A stretch of 63,561 nucleotides of DNA, the filler included, from Eubacteriales bacterium (GTDB lineage Bacteria > Bacillota > Clostridia > Oscillospirales > CAG-382): NCBI GenBank assembly GCA_045636665.1. It is 6 parts of 6 records of this genome, joined end to end, with 100 filler letters (N's around TTAATTAATTAA, not from the genome) between each part and the next. Parts side by side here need not be neighbours in the genome. Positions count along the whole stretch, not along the records: positions 17,541 to 40,246 come from JAZTXY010000080.1; 5 more parts are not named here. One strand, 5' to 3'. Of this stretch, positions 19,447-31,157 are shown one piece after another. A model generated the notes under the pieces. The model was not told where the DNA came from. It was given only the letters and a program-made list of their open reading frames with translations, and made no database searches. Position 1 is the first letter of the stretch; each line of letters begins with the position of its first letter. Both the position numbers and the translations under genes were made by a program.

Positions 19447-20619
19447 ATGAATTTTACATTTTCAGATAAAGTTAAAGAAATGAAGCCTTCGGCGATCAGA
19501 GAGATTTTCAAATCGTTGTCTGATCCTAATGTGATTTCGTTTGCCGCAGGTAACCCTTCGCCGTTATCTTTTCCTGTTGAAAAGATGCACAAGATCGCAA
19601 ATGAGATTTTCGAATCCGAAGCTTCGTTTGCTTTCCAATACGGCATTACCGAGGGATATCCTGCATTAAGAGAACAGGTAAGAGCAAGATTGAAGCAACG
19701 CTTTAACACCGGAACTGAAGAAGATGAGGTTATTATCACAACGGGCGGTCAGCAGGGTATTGATCTTACCGCAAAGGTTCTTTGCAACGAAGGCGATACT
19801 GTAATTTGCGAAAATCCAAGCTTTATCGGTGCGCTTAACGCTTTTAGATCGTATAACGTTAATCTCGTTGGCGTTGATCTTGAAGCTGACGGTATGAATA
19901 TCGAGGCGCTCGAAAATGCACTGAAAGCTAATCCCAACACAAAAATAATTTACGTTATTCCTACATTCCAAAACCCCGCAGGTATTACCACATCGCTTGA
20001 AAAGAGAAAAGCCATTCTCGCACTTGCGGAAAAATACGGCGTTACGATTTTGGAGGACAACCCTTACGGCGAGCTTCGCTTTGCAGGAGAAGAGGTTCCT
20101 ACTATCAAGAGCATGGACAAAACGGGTTGTGTTATTTACTGTTCTTCGTTTTCTAAGATTTTGTCTGCAGGTATGCGTATCGGTTTCGTTTGCGGACCTA
20201 AAGCGCTCGTTCAAAAGATCGTTGTTGTAAAGCAGGTTAATGACGTTCATACCAATCTGTTCTTCCAAATGGTCGCTTCGAAATTTATCGACAAATACGG
20301 CTTGGATGACCATATCAATTTTATTCGTGAGCTTTATAAAAACAAATGCGATCTTATGCTTTCAGAGCTTGATAAAAATATTGGTGGCAAAGCCGTATAC
20401 ACCCGTCCCGAAGGTGGTTTGTTCATCTGGCTTACCGTTGACGGTGGTAACGGAGATGAAATCGCAAAACGCGCAATCGAAAACAAGGTTGCCGTTGTTA
20501 CGGGTTCGAGCTTCAATCCCATTCAAGGCGGTTTTTCACCTTCTGTACGCCTTAATTATTCCACACCCTCGGACGAGCAAATTATTGAGGGCGTAAAACG
20601 TCTTGCCGCTGTACTGTAA
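19447..20619 (+). CDS. PLP-dependent aminotransferase, class I (LysN/ARO8-like)
   Basis: PSAIREI, FQNPAG, EDNPYGEL, SFSKILSAGMRIG, RLNYS. Confidence 0.92.
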   Translation: MNFTFSDKVKEMKPSAIREIFKSLSDPNVISFAAGNPSPLSFPVEKMHKIANEIFESEASFAFQYGITEGYPALREQVRARLKQRFNTGTEEDEVIITTGGQQGIDLTAKVLCNEGDTVICENPSFIGALNAFRSYNVNLVGVDLEADGMNIEALENALKANPNTKIIYVIPTFQNPAGITTSLEKRKAILALAEKYGVTILEDNPYGELRFAGEEVPTIKSMDKTGCVIYCSSFSKILSAGMRIGFVCGPKALVQKIVVVKQVNDVHTNLFFQMVASKFIDKYGLDDHINFIRELYKNKCDLMLSELDKNIGGKAVYTRPEGGLFIWLTVDGGNGDEIAKRAIENKVAVVTGSSFNPIQGGFSPSVRLNYSTPSDEQIIEGVKRLAAVL

Positions 20620-20631
20620 TAGGAGTTAATT

Positions 20632-21636
20632 ATGGAAAATCAAAATATTAAAAAGACAATTTTATCGGGCGTTCAACCGTCGGGTACTCTTACCATCGGT
20701 AACTATCTTGGAGCACTGCGTAACTGGGCAACGATGCAGTATGATTATAACTGCTACTTTTGCGTTGTTGACCTTCACGCAATTACTGTAAGACAAGTTC
20801 CTGCTGAATTAAGACAAAACTGTTTAAAGACTCTTGCGCTTTACCTTGCAGTTGGTATTGATCCCGAAAAGAATACTTTGTTTATGCAAAGCCACGTGCC
20901 TGCACACGCAGAATTAGCTTGGGTTTTATCCTGCTATACTATGTTTGGCGAACTTTCGCGAATGACTCAGTTCAAGGATAAATCCGCAAAGCATTCCGAT
21001 AATATCAACGCAGGTCTTTTCACTTATCCCGTACTTATGGCTGCAGATATTCTTTTGTATCAGCCCGATTTAGTACCCGTTGGTAATGACCAAAAGCAAC
21101 ATATCGAAATTGCCCGTGATATTGCAAATCGCTTCAACGGCGTATATTCGGAAACCTTTAAAATTCCCGAACCTTATATGCCTAAAGCAGGGGCAAGAAT
21201 AATGTCGCTTTCCGAACCGACGTCGAAGATGAGCAAATCCGACCTTGGCGACGGCAGTGTATTTCTTCTTGACAGCCGCGACGTTGTTATTAAGAAAATC
21301 AAACGCGCTGTTACCGATTCGGGCTCTGAAGTAAGATATGCAGAGGGTAAAGACGGAATTAATAATTTGATGTCTATTTATTCTGCATTTACGGGTAAAT
21401 CTTTTGAAGATATCGAAAAAGAATTTGATGGTAAGGGCTACGGAGCATTCAAGCTCGCGGTTGCAGAAACTGTTGCCGATTCTTTGGCTGAAATTCAAGA
21501 TAAATATAACGTATTTATTTCCGATAAAGAACAGCTTAATAAAATTCTCATCGAAGGCGCTCAAAAGGCGTCATATACTGCAGAGAAGACGTTGCGCAAG
21601 GTATACCGCAAGGTTGGTTTTTATTCTGTAAAGTAA
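20632..21636 (+). CDS. trpS: Tryptophan-tRNA ligase
   Basis: SGVQPSG.LTIGNY, YPVLMAADIL, KMSKS. Confidence 0.97.
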   Translation: MENQNIKKTILSGVQPSGTLTIGNYLGALRNWATMQYDYNCYFCVVDLHAITVRQVPAELRQNCLKTLALYLAVGIDPEKNTLFMQSHVPAHAELAWVLSCYTMFGELSRMTQFKDKSAKHSDNINAGLFTYPVLMAADILLYQPDLVPVGNDQKQHIEIARDIANRFNGVYSETFKIPEPYMPKAGARIMSLSEPTSKMSKSDLGDGSVFLLDSRDVVIKKIKRAVTDSGSEVRYAEGKDGINNLMSIYSAFTGKSFEDIEKEFDGKGYGAFKLAVAETVADSLAEIQDKYNVFISDKEQLNKILIEGAQKASYTAEKTLRKVYRKVGFYSVK

Positions 21637-21655
21637 AAGAAAAGGGTTAATTCAT

Positions 21656-23638
21656 ATGTCTAAAAAAACCGCTGACTATAACGATCAAACAATTTCATCG
21701 CTAAAAGGCGCAGACCGTGTACGTTTGCGTCCTGCGGTTATTTTCGGATCTGACGGAATCGAGGGATGCGAGCATTCGTTTTTCGAAATACTTTCAAACT
21801 CGATCGACGAGCATCGCGAAGGTTTCGGTAATAGAATTAACGTAACTGTTTATAAAGACCGCGTTATGGAAGTCGAAGACTTCGGCCGCGGTGTTCCTCT
21901 CGATTGGAACCAAAAAGAACAAAAATACAATTGGGAGCTCGTTTATTGTGAGCTTTATGCAGGCGGCAAGTATAATAATACCGAGGGCGGCGCATATGAA
22001 TATTCGCTTGGATTAAACGGTCTTGGCGCGTGCGCTACCCAATATGCTTCCGAATTTATGGACGTAATTTCTTATCAACGCGGCACAAAATATGAAATCA
22101 GCTTCAAAACCGGCGAACCTTGTACCGAATTGATAAAGAGCGAATGTCCTAAAAGTAAATCCGGTACGGTCATCCGTTGGAAGAGCGATGATAAGGTCTT
22201 CACCGATACGGCAATCCCTCGTGAATTCTTCAGTACGGTTCTTAAAAAACAAGCCGTCGTTAACTCGGGATTGACACTTTCGCTTAAATGGCAAAAAAGC
22301 GACGGAAGCTTTGAAACCGAAGAATACTGTTATCAAAACGGTATCGTCGACTATATAAGCGAAATTGTCGGCGAGGGCGCTATTTCGCCCATTGCCGAAT
22401 ATTCAAGCGAAAGAGTTGGCAGAGATTCCCCCGACAGAAGCGAATACAAGGTAAAGATGCATTTCGCGTGTTGTTTTTCGAACGAAGTGAATCTTATCGA
22501 ATATTACCACAACTCTTCGTATCTTGAACACGGCGGATCTCCCGATAAGGCCGCAAAAAGCGCTTTTGTGTGGGCAATCGATCAATACGCAAAAAATAAC
22601 GGTAAATACAATAAAAACGAAAGCAAAATCATCTTTTCCGACGTAGAAGACTCTTTGGTGCTTGTTGTTAATTCGTTTTCAACTCAGACCTCTTATGCTA
22701 ACCAAACTAAGAAAGCGATTAATAACGTATTTATCGCCGAAGCAATGACCGAATTCTTCAAACATTCTCTTGAAGTATTCTTTTTGGAAAATCCTCAGGC
22801 TGCGGATAAAATCGTTTCTCAAATCCTCATTAACAAACGCGCTCGTGAATCGGCAGAGCATATGCGCGTTTCTCAAAAGAAAAAGCTTACAACGACTCTT
22901 GACATTACAAATACTGTCGAGAAATTTGTCGGTTGCCGCTTGCGCGATCCTGAAAAATGCGAGTTGTATATTGTTGAGGGTGATTCCGCGCTTACAAGCT
23001 GTAAGCTTGCTCGTGATTCTGAATTTCAAGCTATTATTCCTGTCAGAGGTAAGACATTAAACTGCTTGAAGGCGTCGTTTGATAGGATTATGAAGAGCGA
23101 TATTATTCTCGACCTTATCAAGGTTATCGGTTGCGGCGTTGAGGCAAAACAGCTTAAAACAAAGGGTGTTTCACCGTTTAATCTCGATGCGTTGCGTTGG
23201 GATAAAATCATAATTTGTACCGATGCCGATGAAGACGGTTATCAGATAAGAACTCTTATATTAACAATGTTTTACCGTCTTTTGCCGACGCTTATTCGCG
23301 AGGGAAGGATTTATATTGCCGAGACCCCTCTTTACGAAATAACCTGCGGCAACGATACGATGTTTGCATATAGCGAACCCGAAAAAAATGTAATTTTAGA
23401 AAAGCTTGGCGATAAGCGTGTTACTATTCAAAGATCAAAAGGTCTTGGCGAAAACGATGCAGAAATGATGAGTCGCACGACTATGAAGCCAGCTACAAGA
23501 AGACTTATTCGTATATCGCCCGAAGATGAAGAAAAGACTTATGAAATGTTTGATATTCTTCTTGGTGATAACATAATCGGCAGAAAAGATTTCATTGCTA
23601 AAAACGGAGCAAAGTATCTCGAACTTGCCGACTATTGA
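21656..23638 (+). CDS. Type IIA topoisomerase subunit B (ParE/GyrB-like)
   Basis: GHKL ATPase (EILSNSIDE, GRGVP, GLNGLG); TOPRIM EGDSA, PVRGK, DADEDG; KGLGE. Confidence 0.93.
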   Translation: MSKKTADYNDQTISSLKGADRVRLRPAVIFGSDGIEGCEHSFFEILSNSIDEHREGFGNRINVTVYKDRVMEVEDFGRGVPLDWNQKEQKYNWELVYCELYAGGKYNNTEGGAYEYSLGLNGLGACATQYASEFMDVISYQRGTKYEISFKTGEPCTELIKSECPKSKSGTVIRWKSDDKVFTDTAIPREFFSTVLKKQAVVNSGLTLSLKWQKSDGSFETEEYCYQNGIVDYISEIVGEGAISPIAEYSSERVGRDSPDRSEYKVKMHFACCFSNEVNLIEYYHNSSYLEHGGSPDKAAKSAFVWAIDQYAKNNGKYNKNESKIIFSDVEDSLVLVVNSFSTQTSYANQTKKAINNVFIAEAMTEFFKHSLEVFFLENPQAADKIVSQILINKRARESAEHMRVSQKKKLTTTLDITNTVEKFVGCRLRDPEKCELYIVEGDSALTSCKLARDSEFQAIIPVRGKTLNCLKASFDRIMKSDIILDLIKVIGCGVEAKQLKTKGVSPFNLDALRWDKIIICTDADEDGYQIRTLILTMFYRLLPTLIREGRIYIAETPLYEITCGNDTMFAYSEPEKNVILEKLGDKRVTIQRSKGLGENDAEMMSRTTMKPATRRLIRISPEDEEKTYEMFDILLGDNIIGRKDFIAKNGAKYLELADY

Positions 23639-23649
23639 TGAGGTAATAT

Positions 23650-25878
23650 ATGGCAAAAAAGAAAGCAAAGGTTGTTGAGCCCGAAATAATTTCAGAACCT
23701 ATTGACGTAAGCATCACAGACGTTCTTGAAACGAACTATATGCCTTACGCAATGACTGTTATTGTTTCGCGCGCAATCCCCGAAATAGACGGCTTTAAAC
23801 CCGCTCACAGAAAATTGCTTTATACAATGTATAAAATGGGTCTTCTGACAGGAACCAAACAAAAGAGCGCTAAGGTTGTTGGTCAAACAATGGTTTTAAA
23901 CCCTCACGGAGACTCGGCAATTTACGAAACCTTGGTTCGTCTTACAACCGGAAAAGGCGTGCTTCTTCATCCTTTTATCGAATCCAAAGGTAGCTTTGGT
24001 AAGCAATGCTCGGAAATGGTTTATGCCGCTTCGCGTTATACCGAATGTAAGCTTGATAAATTTGCCGAAGAAATATTTAACGGTATCGACCGTGACGCGG
24101 TTGATTTTGTTGATAACTATGACAGCACTACTACCGAACCCGTGATTCTTCCCACAAGCTTTCCCAATATCCTTGTTTCTCCCAACTCGGGCATTGCGGT
24201 AGGTATGGCAAGTGAAATATGCTCGTTTAACCTCCGCGAGGTTTGCGAGGTTACTTCTGCATATCTGCGCAACGAAAAAATCACTACCGATGAAATAATG
24301 GAAATATTAAAAGCTCCCGATTTTTCAAGCGGAGGACTTTTGATATACGAAAAAGATAAAATACGTGAGGTTTATGAGACGGGTAAGGGCTCGATTAAGT
24401 TGCGTTCGAAATATGTATACGATAAGAACGAAAACTTAATTGAGGTTTTGCAGATCCCGTATACCACAACACTTGAAAAAATCCGTGAAAACATTATTCA
24501 GCTTGTAAAAGAGGGCAAGATTAAGGATATTTCGGACGTTCGTGACGAAATCGATATCAACGGCTTTAAGATGACAATCGATTTGAAGCGCGGTGCCGAT
24601 CCCGAAAAATTAATGCAAAAGCTCTTTAAGCTTACAAAGCTTGAAGATGATTTTAAATGTAATTTCAACATTCTTGTTGGCGGTGTTCCGCAAACAATGG
24701 GCATCAAACAGATTTTGGAAGAATGGTGTGCTTTCAGAATTGAATGCCTAAGAAGAACCTACATTTACGATCTTAACAAAAAGAGCGAAAAACTGCATCT
24801 TTTGTTCGGTTTGCGTTCCATTTTGCTTGATATTGATAAAGCGATTGCCATAATTCGCGGAACCGAAAACGAAAAAGACGTTGTACCTAACTTAATGTCC
24901 GGATTCTCGATTGATGAAATTCAAGCGGAATATGTTGCTGACATTAAACTGCGTAATCTCAATAAGCAATATATTCTTAAACGTATTGATGAAATCAGTC
25001 AGCTTGAAAAGGATATTGAAGAGCTTAACCTTTTGATTTCAAGCGAAAGACGTATCAAAACTCGTATTATTAAACAGCTTTCCGAGATTTCCGAAAAATA
25101 TGGTATGCCTCGTAAAACCTATATTATCGATAAAGGCGATATTAACGAGGACTTTAGCGAGGAAGAAATCGTCGCATATCCTTGTGAGGCATTTTTGAGT
25201 GTGGAAGGATATTTCAAAAAATGCACGCTTGCTTCCTTGCGCGGAAATGACGTTCAAAAGTTTAAAGAAAACGATTATTTGAGAACAAAATTCGAAACAA
25301 ACAACAATGAAGAAATTCTTTTCTTTACTTCGGACGCGCAGGTTTACAAATCGCGCCTTAACGATTTTGACGATTCAAAGGCAAGCGCTTTGGGTGAATA
25401 CGTTCCCGGTAAATTAAAGTTCAACGATAACGAAAAGGTCGTTTCCGCAATTTGCCTTAGCGAATACAACGGCAGAATTGTTCTTTTCTTTGAAAACGGC
25501 AAAGCCGTTTCTGTGCCGATGGATTCGTATTATACTAAAACAAACCGTAAAAAACTAACGAACGCTTTTTTTGGCGGCAGTCCTCTTGTTGCAGCATTCA
25601 AAGCGAAGGATAGTGCTGAATATTTGGTTCGTTCTAACGATGATCGTGCACTTTTGATAAAGGGCACGCAGGTTATTGAAAAATCAACGAAAACATCTTC
25701 TGGTAGCACCTTGTATACTCTCAAAAAGGGCAAAAAGGTTGTTTCTGTAATCGAATATAATCCCGAAATTACAAAGCTTGTAAAGGAATCTAAGTACAGA
25801 AAATCAAAGCTTCCTGCTTCGGGTGTAGTATTTGAGGACAGTGACCCGGACATTACACAACAAACATTACTGGATTGA
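23650..25878 (+). CDS. Type IIA topoisomerase subunit A (ParC/GyrA-like)
   Basis: DGFKPAHR, PHGDSAIY, catalytic ASRYTE, GIAVGMA. Confidence 0.93.
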   Translation: MAKKKAKVVEPEIISEPIDVSITDVLETNYMPYAMTVIVSRAIPEIDGFKPAHRKLLYTMYKMGLLTGTKQKSAKVVGQTMVLNPHGDSAIYETLVRLTTGKGVLLHPFIESKGSFGKQCSEMVYAASRYTECKLDKFAEEIFNGIDRDAVDFVDNYDSTTTEPVILPTSFPNILVSPNSGIAVGMASEICSFNLREVCEVTSAYLRNEKITTDEIMEILKAPDFSSGGLLIYEKDKIREVYETGKGSIKLRSKYVYDKNENLIEVLQIPYTTTLEKIRENIIQLVKEGKIKDISDVRDEIDINGFKMTIDLKRGADPEKLMQKLFKLTKLEDDFKCNFNILVGGVPQTMGIKQILEEWCAFRIECLRRTYIYDLNKKSEKLHLLFGLRSILLDIDKAIAIIRGTENEKDVVPNLMSGFSIDEIQAEYVADIKLRNLNKQYILKRIDEISQLEKDIEELNLLISSERRIKTRIIKQLSEISEKYGMPRKTYIIDKGDINEDFSEEEIVAYPCEAFLSVEGYFKKCTLASLRGNDVQKFKENDYLRTKFETNNNEEILFFTSDAQVYKSRLNDFDDSKASALGEYVPGKLKFNDNEKVVSAICLSEYNGRIVLFFENGKAVSVPMDSYYTKTNRKKLTNAFFGGSPLVAAFKAKDSAEYLVRSNDDRALLIKGTQVIEKSTKTSSGSTLYTLKKGKKVVSVIEYNPEITKLVKESKYRKSKLPASGVVFEDSDPDITQQTLLD

Positions 25879-25926
25879 CAACATTGCATTTTGATGATAT
25901 AATCTATATGTTTTGGAGGTGAAGCG

Positions 25927-27960
25927 ATGAAAAATAAGAATTCCTTTATTCGCGGTTTTCTTTATGAGCTTTTAGGCCTTGCTATAATTATCGTAATTTC
26001 ATTGGTTCTGTTTGTCGTTCATAAAGCGGCCGGATTTATCGCTTTGGCCGGTGCGATTATTTATGCAATAATTTTGCTTATTGTTTACAGCACCAAAAGA
26101 TATGGTTATTCGCGCGATATTGACGGAAATGCATTGCCCGCGTTAATAACGGGTATGGTTGAAAAAATTGATTCTCCGGTAATGATCGTCAACGAATCAA
26201 ACCGCATTGTTTGGTGTAACGATGAATTTGCATCGCTTTCCGAGGTAAAAGAAAAACGCATCACTTCGGGCGCAGGTAAATTGTTTGGCGGTTACGCTTC
26301 TTATGCAAATTTATCGGCAGCTTATGAAGAATTTGCCGATTTTATAAGCATCGAAACCGAAGGATCTTTTTACGAAATCCGTGTTTTTCCTTTAGAGTTT
26401 AAAAAGCAAAAGCTGTTTGCAAGCGTTTGGTATTCTCGTGATAACGAGCAAAAACTCAAAACAAGGCTCGAAGAAACTTCTGTAAGAGTTGCCTATATCG
26501 TTATTGATAACTCCAATGAGGTTTCGCAGGAAATTCAAGAAAATCGTCGTTTCGGCTCTGCGGCTGTTAATAAGCTTTTAACCGAATGGGCAGAGAATTT
26601 TGATGCGATTTTAACCGAATATGACCGCGATAAATATGTAATGCAGTTCGAAAATCGTTTTCTTCAAGCGATGATCGAAACAAAGTTCGATATTCTCGAT
26701 AAGGTTGTTGAATCATCTCTTGGCGAATCGCCTATTCCCATTACAATATCTATCGGCGTTTCATCGGGAAGCGGAAGTCTTAACGAAAAAAGAGAATCTG
26801 CACAATCAGCATTGCGCTCTGCGTTACAGCGCGGTGGCGCATTGGCTGTTGTACGCACCGAAAACGGCGAAGACAGCTATGGCGGTAAAACTAAAGCCGT
26901 ACAAAGACAAACCAAGATTCGCTCGCGATTGTGCCGTGACCTTTTAAATGAGCAAATACCGAAATGCTCGAACGTAATTATTATGGGACATTTGCGTCCC
27001 GACTTTGACTCAATTGCTTCTAATATCGGTATTTCAAAGCTTGTCCAAGGATTTGGCAAGGAATATTGCATCGTCGCTGATAAGAGCGATAAGAGTATAT
27101 CTAAAATTATTGAATCGATCGAGCATTTTCCCGAATATGAAACTGTGTTTGTCGATGCGGTTTATGCGCAGGAATTGCTTACGCCCGAAACGCTGGTAAT
27201 TATTACCGATGCTTCGAACCCCGAAATATTTGCGGCTCGCGGTGTTTACGATAATGCGAGCAAGGTAGTTGTAATTGACCACCACGCGATTAAGGAAACG
27301 CTTGGCGATCAAGTTCTTCAACCCTCCAATATCGATCCTACCTCATCCAGTGCTTCTGAATTGGTAAGTGAAATTTTAGAGCTTTCCATGTCACCCAATG
27401 CACTGCGTCCCGAAGAAGCGCAAATCCTTCTTGCAGGTATACTGCTTGATACTCAATTCTTCTCGCGCGATACAGGTACCAGAACTTATTCCGCTTGTAT
27501 TTTCCTTAAAAACGCAGGAGCAGATGCAGGTAAAGCAAAGAACTTATTTAAGTCGGATAAGGATCAATTCCTTACTGTCAGAAGAATCGAACAGAGTATG
27601 CAAATATATCGTGATATTTTTGCTATTTCAACTTATTCCGAAAGTGTTGATCCGCAAAACAAGGTTTCGGCTTCAAAAGCGGCTGAAGGTATGGTCGATA
27701 TTGACGGTATATCGGCATCGTTTGTACTTTATACATTGGATAACGGTATAAACCTTTCGGCAAGAAGTGACGGCAGTATCAACGTAATTAATATTGCGAA
27801 GCTTCTTGGCGGCGGCGGACATTTTCAGTCTGCGGGCGCTTTGATCCGCGAAGTCGATGAAAACGGGTTCGGCAACGTTGTTCACGATATGAAAAAAGCC
27901 GAAAAAATACTTAAAGATGCCATCGATAGCTATATCGGTGAAATCAAAGAAGGGAAATAA
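25927..27960 (+). CDS. gdpP: Cyclic di-AMP phosphodiesterase (TM-PAS-degenerate GGDEF-DHH-DHHA1)
   Basis: MGH..PDFD, IDHH, SARS, GGGGH; lies before rplI-dnaB. Confidence 0.9.
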   Translation: MKNKNSFIRGFLYELLGLAIIIVISLVLFVVHKAAGFIALAGAIIYAIILLIVYSTKRYGYSRDIDGNALPALITGMVEKIDSPVMIVNESNRIVWCNDEFASLSEVKEKRITSGAGKLFGGYASYANLSAAYEEFADFISIETEGSFYEIRVFPLEFKKQKLFASVWYSRDNEQKLKTRLEETSVRVAYIVIDNSNEVSQEIQENRRFGSAAVNKLLTEWAENFDAILTEYDRDKYVMQFENRFLQAMIETKFDILDKVVESSLGESPIPITISIGVSSGSGSLNEKRESAQSALRSALQRGGALAVVRTENGEDSYGGKTKAVQRQTKIRSRLCRDLLNEQIPKCSNVIIMGHLRPDFDSIASNIGISKLVQGFGKEYCIVADKSDKSISKIIESIEHFPEYETVFVDAVYAQELLTPETLVIITDASNPEIFAARGVYDNASKVVVIDHHAIKETLGDQVLQPSNIDPTSSSASELVSEILELSMSPNALRPEEAQILLAGILLDTQFFSRDTGTRTYSACIFLKNAGADAGKAKNLFKSDKDQFLTVRRIEQSMQIYRDIFAISTYSESVDPQNKVSASKAAEGMVDIDGISASFVLYTLDNGINLSARSDGSINVINIAKLLGGGGHFQSAGALIREVDENGFGNVVHDMKKAEKILKDAIDSYIGEIKEGK

Positions 27961-27962
27961 TA

Positions 27963-28406
27963 ATGAAAGTAATACTTTTAGAAGACGTTAAAGGCCAAGG
28001 AAAAAAAGGCGAGCTTATTAATACGTCGGACGGATATGCAAGAAACTTCCTTTTTCCTCGCAAGCTTGCAAAGCCTGCCGATGCAGGTTCTATTAAAGAA
28101 ATAGAAATGAAAAAGGAAAGCGCCGCTTTTCACCTTGCCGAAGAAAAGAAAAAAGCGAACGAAATTAAGGATTTCCTTGCAGACAAACAAATAATTTTCA
28201 AGACCACAGGTGGCGCTGACGGTCGTTTATACGGCGCTGTAACTACTAAAGATATATGCGAAAAAATCGAAAAAGATCTTGGATTAAAAATCGACAAGCG
28301 CAATATCTCTATAAACGAAAATATTAAAACAGCCGGAACATATACAGCAAAAATCAAACTGTTTCAAGGCATCAGCTCGGAAATTAAGATTGTCGTAGAG
28401 GCTTAA
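27963..28406 (+). CDS. rplI: 50S ribosomal protein L9
   Basis: [26 protein letters not shown]. Confidence 0.98.
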   Translation: MKVILLEDVKGQGKKGELINTSDGYARNFLFPRKLAKPADAGSIKEIEMKKESAAFHLAEEKKKANEIKDFLADKQIIFKTTGGADGRLYGAVTTKDICEKIEKDLGLKIDKRNISINENIKTAGTYTAKIKLFQGISSEIKIVVEA

Positions 28407-28429
28407 AATTTAATTTAGGATTATTCAAA

Positions 28430-29797
28430 ATGGCAGAATTAGATAGCATTAAAAAAATGCCGTATTCACTGGAAGCGGAACAAGCAATACTCGGAACTGT
28501 AATTATCGATTCTGAAAAGTTTGTTGAAATCGCAACGCTTAAGGAAGACGATTTTTACCTTGATCAGCATAAGCAGATTTTTTCTGCGATGCGCGAAATG
28601 TTCAATTTGAACAGAGTCATCGATCCGGTGACTCTTATTAACGCGCTTACGCAAATGGGTACATACAGCGAAGGCGATGCCGCGAAATATATTAAGTTCC
28701 TTGTTGACCTCGCTTCTGATGCAACCAACATTGAGGAATATTCGAATATAGTTCGCGATAAAGCGACCTTACGATCTCTTATTGAAGCTTCGCGCGATAT
28801 TTCTGACCTTGCTTTTAGTGAAAAGGGCGATGTAACAGATGCGGTTAATTTTGCCGAGCAGAGAATTTATTCTATCTCTCAGGATAAGTATAAAGAAGGG
28901 TTTGATAGAATTCGCGATGTCATCGTTGAACATTACAAAACCCTTAAGATGCTTAAAGAAAATCCCGAAGCTTTGGCAGGAACACCCACTCGATTCGAAA
29001 CGCTTGACCGTGTTCTTATCGGTATGGGCAAGGGTGACCTTATTGTTGTCGGCGGACGTCCCGGTATGGGTAAAACGAGCTTTTGTATGAACGTCGCAAC
29101 AAACGTTGCAAAGACTACAAACAAAAACATCGCAGTTTTTTCACTCGAAATGTCTTCCGAACAGTTGGTTTCGAGAATGCTTAGCAGTGAGGCGCTTATT
29201 GACAGTGCAAGTATGAGAACGGGCCGCCTTACCGATGATGATTGGCGACACTTGGCAGAAGCATCGAGTGTGTTGTCTAACACAAACATATATATCGATG
29301 CAAATCCTAACACAACACCTACTGCAATGAAGTCTAAGCTTAGAAGGTTGGATAACCTTGGTCTTGTAATCATCGACTATTTGCAGCTTATGAATCCCGA
29401 CGTACAAACCGACAACCGTGTTTTGGACGTCGCGAATATTACTCGTGCAATCAAACTGATGGCGAAGGAATTTGAAATTCCGATAATTCTTTGTTCGCAG
29501 TTAGCGAGAGCTTCCGAAAACCGTAAAGATAGACAACCTATGCTTTCCGACCTTCGTGACTCAGGTGCGATCGAGCAGGACGCTGATATCGTTTTGTTTA
29601 TTTACAGAAGCGATTATTACGAACGTAAGGATGGAGAAAATCCCGAAGCAGCAAATGAAAATTCCGATTATATCCTTGCGGAATGTAACGTTGCAAAGAA
29701 CCGTCACGGTAGCACCGGCGTTGTAAAGCTTGCGTGGGTAGGTAAGTATTATAAATTTATGAGCATTGAGGATAATATCTCTCATGAACCTGTCTAA
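28430..29797 (+). CDS. dnaB: Replicative DNA helicase
   Basis: GRPGMGKT, FSLEMS, IIDYLQLM, DLRDSGAIEQDAD, AKNRHG. Confidence 0.97.
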   Translation: MAELDSIKKMPYSLEAEQAILGTVIIDSEKFVEIATLKEDDFYLDQHKQIFSAMREMFNLNRVIDPVTLINALTQMGTYSEGDAAKYIKFLVDLASDATNIEEYSNIVRDKATLRSLIEASRDISDLAFSEKGDVTDAVNFAEQRIYSISQDKYKEGFDRIRDVIVEHYKTLKMLKENPEALAGTPTRFETLDRVLIGMGKGDLIVVGGRPGMGKTSFCMNVATNVAKTTNKNIAVFSLEMSSEQLVSRMLSSEALIDSASMRTGRLTDDDWRHLAEASSVLSNTNIYIDANPNTTPTAMKSKLRRLDNLGLVIIDYLQLMNPDVQTDNRVLDVANITRAIKLMAKEFEIPIILCSQLARASENRKDRQPMLSDLRDSGAIEQDADIVLFIYRSDYYERKDGENPEAANENSDYILAECNVAKNRHGSTGVVKLAWVGKYYKFMSIEDNISHEPV

Positions 29798-31157
29798 GAG
29801 CAGATTTTATAATAAACTTAAAGATTATTTTAAATGTTTGCCGTTTGATATAAACGGCAAAACTGTTTGTGTGTGTCTTTCGGGCGGTGCAGATTCGGTT
29901 TCGTTATTGCTGGGAATGCTTAATATAGCCGATGAATTTTCTTTAAAGATTTGCGCTTGCCATTTTAACCATCTTATCAGGGGTGATGATTCCGATAATG
30001 ATGAATTGTTTTGCAAACAATTATGCAGTGATTTATCGGTAAAGCTTTATTGCGGACGTGATGACGTGCCGTCGTTTGCAAAGACCTATAAAATGTCGCT
30101 TGAAGAAGCGGCGAGAGAATGCAGATATTCGTTTTTTCAAAGGATTTTGGAAAAGAGCTATATTGATTTTTGTGCAACGGCACATAATATGAATGATGAT
30201 GCCGAAACGTTGATTTTGAATCTGTTAAGAGGCTCGTCAACCGACGGTGCAGCATCGATTTCACCTTACAACGGCAATATATTGCGCCCTATGTTAAAAA
30301 TCACGCGCGAAGAGGTTGAAGAATTTATTACTTCTGTTTCACAGGATTATGTTACCGATACAACAAATTTTTCCAACGAATATACACGCAACTACGTTCG
30401 CAATGTTGTTTTTCCTAAATTGCAAGAGATAAACCCATCGTTTGTTAATGCTTTTTCGAAATATATCGATTCTGCAAGGACCGACAGAGATTATTTTGAA
30501 AACTTAATTCAAGAAAAATTAACTTGTGATTTAAGATGCGAACATAAGGCAATTAGACATAGAGTTTATGTTAAAAAGTGCAAAGACGCTTTTGATTTTA
30601 CACTGAATCGAGATATGATCGAACAAATCGATACGGCTTTATTTACAAATATCCGTACAGTTGTTAACGTCAATTCAAAGGTAGATGCAATTGTTGAAAA
30701 CGGACGAGTTTTGTTTTCAAAACGATACGCCGAAAATCAAAAAGACTATGACTTGTTGCTTTTAAATAATGGGAAAAATTTGATATTTGACGATAAGGTT
30801 ACTATCAATATTTCTGCATTAGAGGATTTAAAAAAAATTAACAATTTGTCAACACAAACCTTGCTATCTTCTGCTAATATAGTTGGAGATTTGTGTGTCA
30901 GAAATCGCAGAATTGGTGATCGGATTAAAATTCACGGTGTAAATAAAAGCGTTAAAAAGCTTTTTATCGATAAAAAAATCCCTAAAGAGTATAGAGATAT
31001 TATACCTATTATATGTGACTCCGAAGGTATAATTTATATACCTTTTGTTGGTATATGCGACCGTGTGTATACCGATAAAAAAGACGGCAGTTTGGTTCTG
31101 AATACAATATTTCATTCAATAGATAAAGAAAGGTGGGTCAACGCTTATGAAAAATAA
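29784..31157 (+). CDS. tilS: tRNA(Ile)-lysidine synthase
   Basis: [32 protein letters not shown] 29784. Confidence 0.93.
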   Translation: MNLSKSRFYNKLKDYFKCLPFDINGKTVCVCLSGGADSVSLLLGMLNIADEFSLKICACHFNHLIRGDDSDNDELFCKQLCSDLSVKLYCGRDDVPSFAKTYKMSLEEAARECRYSFFQRILEKSYIDFCATAHNMNDDAETLILNLLRGSSTDGAASISPYNGNILRPMLKITREEVEEFITSVSQDYVTDTTNFSNEYTRNYVRNVVFPKLQEINPSFVNAFSKYIDSARTDRDYFENLIQEKLTCDLRCEHKAIRHRVYVKKCKDAFDFTLNRDMIEQIDTALFTNIRTVVNVNSKVDAIVENGRVLFSKRYAENQKDYDLLLLNNGKNLIFDDKVTINISALEDLKKINNLSTQTLLSSANIVGDLCVRNRRIGDRIKIHGVNKSVKKLFIDKKIPKEYRDIIPIICDSEGIIYIPFVGICDRVYTDKKDGSLVLNTIFHSIDKERWVNAYEK

